A stretch of DNA of 32,000 nucleotides from Candidatus Vampirococcus lugosii (lineage in GTDB: Bacteria; Patescibacteriota; Gracilibacteria; Absconditabacterales; Absconditicoccaceae). How positions within the stretch are numbered: position 1 is the stretch's first letter; every line of letters starts with the position of its first letter. Below are positions 22,928 through 29,780 of this stretch, in pieces. The stretch covers positions 1 to 32,000 of the forward strand of contig NZ_JAEDAM010000001.1 of NCBI RefSeq assembly GCF_018420025.1, given 5' to 3'. Made by a program: the position numbers and the translations under genes. The notes beneath the pieces were generated by a model, which did not search any database, had not been told where the DNA came from, and saw nothing but the letters and a program-made list of their open reading frames with translations.

Positions 22928-23551
22928 CTAAGCTCTAGCATAGAATTCAATAACTTTCAATATATCAGCAGGTAAAGAAATTTCTTCAGACCTAGGAAAA
23001 TCAATAACTTCTATTTCAAAATTGTCTTTCTTAACATTTAACCAAGTTGGTAACTTATAATTTCAAGAAGATAATGGAATAGAAGAATACAAAGGAGATG
23101 TTATTAATTTTGATTTCAAAGAAATTTTATCTCATACTTTAACAAAATAAGAAGAAGAATTATGTTTTTTTCAATTCAACAAAAAATGACCATGTCACAC
23201 CATTTGTCTAGCTTGCATTATAGTATTAGCAAGTCATGCCCTCAAAACAACACTATCCAACCTCCTTTCCAAAAATTGAATAGCTACCTCATCATGAGAA
23301 ACTCATTTATTTTTGGCATATTTTCAAGCTTCATCAATAACAGTTCTTTTAAATTGCTTTTCAGTCAAAAGATACATTCTTTTAATAACCTGTTTATTTC
23401 TAAGTAATTTACCATACTCAGAAAGTCTAGACATAGTAACTCAGTGTTGTCAAGGAGTTTTTTTTCTTTTTCTTACATCATATTTATTAACTCAAAAAAG
23501 ATTTATTCACTCTCTTCTACAAAGCTTAAATTTGGGTCAATTGTATTTCAT
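22928..23551 (-). CDS. rpsD: 30S ribosomal protein S4
   Basis: ATG at 23551 to TAG 22930-22928. Motifs [59 protein letters not shown] and PTWL. Confidence 0.94.
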
Positions 23552-23589
23552 AATAATAAAGTTATTAACTTAAATAAATTAAACAAAAA

Positions 23590-23985
23590 TTAATTTCTCT
23601 TAGGTCTTTTTCATTTACATCATCAAAATTGTATAGCAGTATTTTCTCTAATCAAAGATATATCTATACCTCACAAATCATTAATAGCTTTAAATACACC
23701 ATCTCTTCACATTCAAAGTCATTTCATATATATAGATATTTCTTTAAGTCAAAAAGAATCTCTAGCTTGTCTCATTATTCAACTTGTAAGCATTTCAGCA
23801 GCATAAGGAGTACTTTCTTTAGTTCACTTAAATCATGCCATTCATGTTCATCATCAAAGAACTTTATTTCATGATTCATCAGTTAAAGTAACTAAAGTAT
23901 TATTTGAACTAGTAGTAACAAATAACTTTCCAACAGGAAGTTTAATATTCTTTTTTTTCTTAGACTTTATATTTTGTCTTGCCAT
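23590..23985 (-). CDS. rpsK: 30S ribosomal protein S11
   Basis: ATG at 23985 to TAA 23592-23590. Motifs GKLFVTTSSNNTLVTLTD, GFKGTKESTPYAA, GLGMGRD and GGCKGKRPKR. Confidence 0.93.
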
Positions 23986-24006
23986 AATAAAAAATTAAAT
24001 TATAAA

Positions 24007-24381
24007 TTATTTCTTCAATACAGGTCTTACCCTACTTCTTCAAAGCAATTTCTTTGCAGTTTTAGCATGTTTAATAGTTTTTTGTCATCTAACTGGTAAT
24101 CACAAATTATGTCTCATACCTCTATAACATTTTATTTCTTTTAATCTTTTGATAAATCAAGTTTGTTCTCTCTTTAGATCACTTTCCAAAAGATAATTTG
24201 ATAATTCATCTGTTATCATTTTTTGTTCTTCGTCTGTTATATCTCTAACTTTTTTTTCAAAAGGAATTTCTAATTTAGTCAAAATTTCTTTAGATCTAGA
24301 GATTCATATTCAATAAACATGTGTTAATCAAACAAATATAACTTTATTATCTGGTATAACATTTCCTTGAAGTCTAAACAT
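24007..24381 (-). CDS. rpsM: 30S ribosomal protein S13
   Basis: ATG at 24381 to TAA 24009-24007. Motifs LTHVYGIGISRSKEIL, IKCYRGMRHNLGLPVRGQKT and KTAKK. Confidence 0.93.
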
Positions 24382-24414
24382 ATATCTAATATACTTAAAT
24401 TATAAATATCAAAA

Positions 24415-24528
24415 TTATCACTGTCTCTGCTTATGTTTTGAATTTGAACATATAACATAAGCTATTCACTTTCTTTTAACTATCTGACAACTAGAACACA
24501 TTTTTTTTACTGATGATCTTACTTTCAT
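24415..24528 (-). CDS. rpmJ: 50S ribosomal protein L36
   Basis: ATG at 24528 to TAA 24417-24415. [37 protein letters not shown]. Both Gly are TGA, including the conserved terminal Gly directly before TAA. Confidence 0.93.
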
Positions 24529-24535
24529 TTATATA

Positions 24536-24757
24536 TTATTTAAATCTATAAATTATACGTCACTTTGAAGGATCATACTCATTTAATTCAATTTGAACCT
24601 TATCACCTTCAATTATTTTTATATTAAATTTTTTCATCTTTCAAGATGAATAAGCAGTAACAAGCATATCCATACCAATAAGTTTAACTTGATAATTTCA
24701 TCATCACAACATTTTTTCAACTATTCATTCAACTACTATAGTATCATTATTTGTCAT
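24536..24757 (-). CDS. infA: Translation initiation factor IF-1
   Basis: ATG at 24757 to TAA 24538-24536. VEGIVEKMLGGGNYQVKL...[26 protein letters not shown]. Confidence 0.9.
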
Positions 24758-25073
24758 TATAATCAATATTATCTACTTTTAAAACTGATTGATTAGCCCT
24801 AAATCATTTTTTCCTAAAATATCTATTTTTATTATGAAACTTAACAACACTTATTTTATCTCATTTCTTATTTGAGATTAATTTCAAAGAAGCTTTTGCA
24901 GAATCAACATATGGTTTTCATAAAGAAAAAACATTTCAAGAATCATCAAAAACTGCCAATATTGAAGAAACAATTATAGTTTCTCACTCATCTACACCCA
25001 TAGAATCAACAACTATTTCATCTCATTCTTTAACAATATACTGATGTCACTTCAAATCTATTACTACATACAT
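24747..25073 (-). CDS. rplU: 50S ribosomal protein L21
   Basis: ATG at 25073 to TAA 24749-24747, overlapping the infA start by 11 nt. MYVVIDLKGHQYIVKEGDEIVV..GKPYVDSAKASLKLISNKKGDKISVVKFHNKNRYFRKKGFRANQSVLKV is collinear with E. coli L21. Confidence 0.88.
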
Positions 25074-25096
25074 TAAAATATTATAATATTATATAA

Positions 25097-25360
25097 TTAA
25101 ATTCTCTTTCAAAATTGTGCCAAAAGATTATATTTTTCTTTATTTTTTCTATAAGCATCTGAAACAATAGCCCTCATTCTTTTATATCTTCTAGCACTAG
25201 GGAATCTATATTCTACAAATTTCCTATACCATTTAGTTCAATAATGCTTTTGTTTTTTAGCTTTATCAAGTATATGAGAAGATCGCAATTCTTTTTTATA
25301 AAATGCAACCATTCTTTCATTAGTATTTAAATCTGCTGTTTTATACACAGTAAATCACAT
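25097..25360 (-). CDS. rpsU: Putative 30S ribosomal protein S21 (divergent, with an insertion)
   Basis: ATG at 25360 to TAA 25099-25097, 87 aa and basic. ERMVAFYKKELRSSHILDKAKKQKHY aligns by eye with the S21 core [26 protein letters not shown]. The FPSARRYKRMRAI tail also fits, as does the ribosomal operon context. Confidence 0.55.
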
Positions 25361-25392
25361 ATCTTATATTTAATATTAAATAAATAAAACTA

Positions 25393-25437
25393 AAGATAAA
25401 AGAAAAACTACACTTAATGCAATCAATCTTTTATCTT
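25393..25437. other. 11-bp inverted repeat between tRNA-Leu and the S21-like gene
   Basis: aagataaaaga (25393-25403) and tcttttatctt (25427-25437) are exact reverse complements with a 23-nt loop. The stem is nearly all A/U, so it is weak. The role (processing site, attenuator or leader) is unknown. Confidence 0.3.
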
Positions 25438-25458
25438 CAATTTAAAATAAAAGCGAAA

Positions 25459-25543
25459 TACCGGGAACCGGACTTGAACCGGTACTCTAAAATTTAGAAG
25501 CGGATTTTAAGTCCACCGCGTCTACCAATTCCGCCATCCCGGC
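25459..25543 (-). tRNA. tRNA-Leu (anticodon UAA), type II with long variable arm
   Basis: Hand fold: GCCGGGA / TGGCGGAATTGGTAGACGC / GTGGA-CTTAAAA-TCCGC / variable arm / ACCGG-TTCAAGT-CCGGT / TCCCGGT-A. Discriminator A73, G1:U72 wobble, no encoded CCA. Confidence 0.9.
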
Positions 25544-25563
25544 AAAAAGAACAAAATCCCAAA

Positions 25564-25911
25564 TTATTTAGAGATTTCTTCATTTATTTTATCAAAAACT
25601 TCAGGAAAAACAACTGCAATATTAGATAAAACTTTTCTATTCATAACCACATTATTAGTTTTCAACTGATTAATAAAGACACTATATTTAGAACCTCTAG
25701 ATCTAAGAGCTGAAGAAAGCCTATCTATCCATAATTGTCTAAACTGTCTTTTTTTCAATTTCCTTCATATATAAGCATTTTGTCATTGTTTTATTAAAGC
25801 CAACCTAACTTGTTTATAAACATTTTTTCTTCAAAGTCTAAATCATTTAGCTTGTTTCAAAAACTTTTTATGCCTTCTATGTCTAACAAATCAATTAGTA
25901 ACTCTTACCAT
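25564..25911 (-). CDS. rplT: 50S ribosomal protein L20
   Basis: ATG at 25911 to TAA 25566-25564. MVRVTNGFVRHRRHKKFLKQAKGFRLGRKNVY...RQLWIDRLSSALR...VMNRKVLSNIAV. Confidence 0.94.
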
Positions 25912-25915
25912 ACTA

Positions 25916-26113
25916 TTATAATTTATAAGGAATTAAATTTCTAACTTTCTTTTCTTCTTTATGAGATAATACTCTACCATAAGGATCCTTTTTAGGTGAA
26001 GAACCTTTATTTGTAAGCAAATGACTAACTCAAGCCTTTTTATGAATAAGTTTACCAGATTTAGTAACTTTAATTCTCTTAGCCATTGATTTATTAGTTT
26101 TAACTTTATACAT
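25916..26113 (-). CDS. rpmI: 50S ribosomal protein L35
   Basis: ATG at 26113 to TAA 25918-25916. MYKVKTNKSMAKRIKVTKSGKLIHKKAGVSHLLTNK. Confidence 0.88.
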
Positions 26114-26114
26114 T

Positions 26115-26660
26115 TTACTTAACTTTAGCAAATAAAATCATACTATATCCTCTTTTTTCTTTTTTAATTCATTGTCATTTACTTATATCAATAAGCAATG
26201 ACATTATATACTCTAATCTAGAATATAATTTATCTGCATAAATATTTTCTCTTCATTTAAGCTGACCAAGAAATTTTACAGTATGTCAAGACTCCAAAAA
26301 CTTTTTTGCTTGAGATATTTTCATTTCCAAATCATTATCTCAAATATTATAAGAAAACTTTATCTCTTTCATACATTTAGATTTTTGAGACTTCTTTTTT
26401 TCTCAATCTTCTTTCTTTTTTGAATACAAATATTTTCAAATTTCCATTATTTTAGCAGTAACAATTTTATCTTTTGGATCAAATCAAACCTGAATCAAAT
26501 CTTTCATCTCTTCTTCTGCCTTCAATAAAGCATCTCTTTTTGAAAAAATTCAAAGATTAACTCATTCCTCATCTATTAATAAAATTTTATCTCACCTAAT
26601 ATACTCATTAGTATACAATTTTTTATCATAATTTTTACTATTAGAAGAGCCAAAACCCAT
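26115..26660 (-). CDS. infC: Translation initiation factor IF-3
   Basis: ATG at 26660 to TAA 26117-26115, 1 nt before the rpmI start. Motifs IRGDKILLIDEEGVNLGI, EEEMKDLIQV, KEIKFSYNIGDNDLEMK and GHTVKF. Classic infC-rpmI-rplT order. Confidence 0.88.
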
Positions 26661-26693
26661 ACAAAAAATTTAAATTATAAATCGCCAAGACCA

Positions 26694-26768
26694 CATCCCT
26701 GGCGGGATTTGAACCCGCGATCTCTGGCATGAGAGGCCAACATCCTAAACCAACTAGACGACAGGGAC
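26694..26768 (-). tRNA. tRNA-Glu (anticodon CUC)
   Basis: GTCCCTG TC GTCTAGTTGGTTTAGGAT G TTGGC-CTCTCAT-GCCAG AGATC GCGGG-TTCAAAT-CCCGC CAGGGAT G. The Glu-type GTCCC...TCGTCTAG pattern is present. G1:U72 wobble, no CCA. Confidence 0.85.
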
Positions 26769-26776
26769 AAATAAAC

Positions 26777-26850
26777 TACACTTGGAAGGAATCGAACCTT
26801 CAACCTACGGCTTAGAAGGCCGTCGCTCTATCCGATTGAGCTACAAGTGC
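26777..26850 (-). tRNA. tRNA-Arg (anticodon UCU)
   Basis: GCACTTG TA GCTC AATCGGATA GAGC G ACGGC-CTTCTAA-GCCGT AGGTT GAAGG-TTCGATT-CCTTC CAAGTGT A. G1:U72 wobble, no CCA. Confidence 0.88.
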
Positions 26851-26872
26851 AAAACAAAAAATTAAAATAAAT

Positions 26873-26946
26873 TGGAGTCGAGGGGACTCGAACCCCTGAC
26901 CCCCTGCGTGCAAAGCAGATGCTCTAGCCAACTGAGCTACGACCCC
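26873..26946 (-). tRNA. tRNA-Ala (anticodon UGC)
   Basis: GGGGTCG TA GCTC AGTTGGCTA GAGC A TCTGC-TTTGCAC-GCAGG GGGTC AGGGG-TTCGAGT-CCCCT CGACTCC A. The G3:U70 alanine identity pair is present. No CCA. Confidence 0.92.
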
Positions 26947-26960
26947 AATAAATTTTAGAA

Positions 26961-27043
26961 TGGGCAGAGTAGGATTCGAACCTACGTAGCCGTGAGGCGG
27001 CGGATTTACAGTCCGCTGCATTTAACCACTCTGCCATCTGCCC
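26961..27043 (-). tRNA. tRNA-Tyr (anticodon GUA), type II
   Basis: GGGCAGA TG GCAGAGTGGTTAAATGC A GCGGA-CTGTAAA-TCCGC long variable arm GTAGG-TTCGAAT-CCTAC TCTGCCC A. No CCA. Confidence 0.9.
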
Positions 27044-27055
27044 AAATTTAAAAAA

Positions 27056-27295
27056 CTATTCAACATTAACATACACATTACTAGATTCAAAATCTAATAA
27101 ACCAAACATAATCATAAAACCAAAAATCATAACAACAAATCAAAATAATATTATAGCTTGTCTAGTTCATCAAAAATATCTATTTGCCCAATCAGAATTT
27201 CATAAAATTTTAGACAAATTACTTGAAAAATAAACTAAAGACATTCATAATAATAAAACAAAAACTCATGCAATAATATTTAACAAAATTGACAT
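27056..27295 (-). CDS. Small (79 aa) two-TM hypothetical membrane protein
   Basis: ATG at 27295 to TAG 27058-27056. MSILLNIIAGVFVLLLGMSLVYF...AIILFGFVVMIFGFMIMFGLL. No recognisable family. It is flanked by tRNA genes on both sides. Confidence 0.5.
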
Positions 27296-27331
27296 ATTTT
27301 TTTATATATTACACAAATAATATAATTACAA

Positions 27332-27405
27332 AGCGGGCAACGGGACTTGAACCCGTACAGGCAGAGCTGAATTCTGCCATGCTACACCAATTACATCATG
27401 CCCGC
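27332..27405 (-). tRNA. tRNA-Gly with anticodon UCA (decodes UGA)
   Basis: Hand fold (74 nt): GCGGGCA TG ATGT AATTGGTGTA GCAT G GCAGA-ATTCAGC-TCTGC CTGT ACGGG-TTCAAGT-CCCGT TGCCCGC T. The anticodon loop has U33, T34 C35 A36 and G37. The acceptor stem G1:C72, C2:G71, G3:C70 and discriminator U73 are bacterial tRNA-Gly identity elements (compare E. coli GCGGGAA...TTCCCGC-U). No CCA. Confidence 0.88.
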
Positions 27406-27529
27406 GACTAAATGTAATATACAATATAATCATTTATTTCAAAAAATCAAGCAAAAATGACTTTAATTTTTTAAAAAATACTTTTTTTGAAAAAAATATT
27501 TTATATATACTATATATTTTATATATATT

Positions 27530-28735
27530 TTATATATATTTTAAAAATTTACTTATAATATCATTGTATACATCCATTCATTTACTTTTTAAAAAAGTTC
27601 TTCAATCTTTTGTTTTCATAAAATTATTTATTTCAAGTTCTTTTTTTATATCTTGCCAATTCTCTACTAATACATCATCAAATTTTTCAAAATTTTGTAA
27701 GCCTTCTTTAGTTCTAAGTCACATAAAAAATTTATCTACTAATAAATCATTTTTTTTCATCTCAAATATGTTTTTGTAATCATAAAATTTATTTTCAAAA
27801 AAAAATTTCCAATTTTTAGTATTTTCAAATCTTACAGCCTTAATTTCAGTATTTAATTTTTTAAATATTTGATCTGCATAATCTCTATACAAAAAAGAAC
27901 TTGCTCACATACCTAATCATAAATATTGTCACATATTCCAATATATCATATTATGTAAACTTCTTTTTCAAGATATTTCAAAATTTGAAATTTCATATCT
28001 TTTATATCAAGAATTCATTAATATTTTTTTGAAATTATCAAATTCTTGATAAACTTTTTCATTATTTGAAGTATAATTACTATACATTACACTACCAGGA
28101 AACAATTCCAATGTATATATAGAAAAACTATCAGCAAAACCAGAAAAAATAAAATCACTCAAAAATTTCTTTTTATAATCAGGAAGCCAGTTTCAAAAAT
28201 CATCAATAGCACCAAAAGCTATAAAATCAAAATTAAAAACATTATTAACTTGTTTATAATCTGTTAAAGTTCTAATAAAAGAAATTAATGTATTATAATA
28301 ATAATTTCTATTGGTATACTTTAATACCTCATCATTCAAAGATTGAATACCAAAACTATATCTAATTCTAAAAAAATTAAAATAAGTTTTATTAAAAGAA
28401 TCTATAAAATCTAAAACTTCATCAAAAGGATCAGGATTTAATTCAAAATTTATTTCTTCACAATTAGATAAATCAAAATTTTCTAATAAATTATTTATTA
28501 TATTAAAAATATTTTCTTTACCTAATAAAAGTGGAGTTCATCAACCAAAATATATAGTTTTTATTTTTTCATTTGCAAATATTTTTGAATAATAATCTAT
28601 TTGATTTAATAAACTTTTATTATATTTTCATATAAAAGTTTTTTTTTCATCAATTTTATCTACAGGAGCAATAAAAAAATCACAATAAGAACATTTTTTT
28701 TTACAAAAAGGAATATGTATATATAAAGATAACAT
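27530..28735 (-). CDS. hemW: Radical SAM family heme chaperone HemW (HemN-like)
   Basis: ATG at 28735 to TAA 27532-27530. Motifs LYIHIPFCKKKCSYCDF, TIYFGGGTPLLL, FGIQSLNDEVLKYTNR, YEISNF, HNMIYWN and GLGMGASSF. Confidence 0.88.
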
Positions 28736-28776
28736 TCAAAATAATAAAAAATAAAATAATATTTTAACGAATAATT

Positions 28777-29757
28777 CTATAAATTCATTTTATAAATTCA
28801 TTTATTTGTATCAATTTCAATATTTCAACCAATAGGAATAGTTTGTATGGGATATATATGTCCAAACTGTGCATTCATAACAACAGGAATATCTAATCAA
28901 TCCACAAAATCATTAATAGTAGTTTCCAAATCTATATCATAATATTTTAAACATTCTTTATTTACTCTACCAAAAACAATTCAAGAAATTTTATTAAAAT
29001 TTTTTTGATTTTTAATATGCATTAATTGCCTCCTAATAATTCATATGTTAGATTCACTACATTCTTCCAAAAATAAAACTTTATTTTCAAAATCTGGAAT
29101 AAAATCAGTTCAAATCAAAAGACAAAAAGTAGAAATATTTCATCATACTATAATTCAATTAGATTTTCAATGTTTAATAATTTTCAATCAATCATCATTT
29201 ACTATTTGTTCTGGATAAGTTTCAATATTAGCAGTATAATCATAATAATATTTATGAAAATTTAATTCACTTGAATTTTGTTCCAATACAGTATTTTTAA
29301 AATAAAGAAAAGTTTCCAAACTTCAATAAGTAAAAGGTCATAAACTTCAAGGTGTAGGACCAGAAAAATTAGTTAATCAAGTTTTAGTAAATATTGCATT
29401 ATTTAATGCAGTAATATCAGAATATCAACAAATTATTTTTGGATTATTTAATAAAGCTTCCCAATCAATATATGGCAAAATTTCATTAGTAAATGCTCAT
29501 CCACCTATAGGCCAAATCATTTTAATATTTGAATCTTTAATAAAACTATTAAAATCTTCTACTCTTTTTGATGGATGAATTCATTGTATAGGAAGATAAA
29601 TATTTTTTCCAAAAATCATTTTATATCAAAGATGTTGTTCAAAAATTCTTTTTACAGTATCAAATTTTGTTGAAATAATTTTTTCTTGCTCTAAATTATC
29701 AGCAATAGAAACTATTCAAATTTTATCTCAAAAAGACAATTTTGGTAATTTTTTCAT
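28777..29757 (-). CDS. LD-carboxypeptidase (peptidase S66, LdcA/MccF-like)
   Basis: ATG at 29757 to TAG 28779-28777. Motifs GDKIGIVS, RVEDFNSFIKDSNIKMIWPIGGGA, the nucleophile motif CGYSDITALNNAI, GGNISTFCLLIGT, LFLEE and FGH. Confidence 0.85.
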
Positions 29758-29780
29758 TATTTAATTTATTTATATTAAAA

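Noticed and set aside
23162-23874. Three plus-strand ORFs (23162-23407, 23313-23573, 23629-23874)
   Set aside because: They lie antisense to rpsD and rpsK, which are unambiguous on the minus strand.
26812-27021. 69-aa minus-strand ORF (MQRTVNPPPHGYVGSNPTLP...)
   Set aside because: It spans three tRNA genes (Arg, Ala, Tyr). It is open only because the tRNA sequences are GC-rich.
27481-27545. Short tandem-like tatatatttta / atatat repeats; considered as a CRISPR or microsatellite feature
   Set aside because: The units are imperfect, pure A/T low complexity, only about 10 nt long and without spacers. Part of the region is the 3' end of hemW. This is not CRISPR-like.
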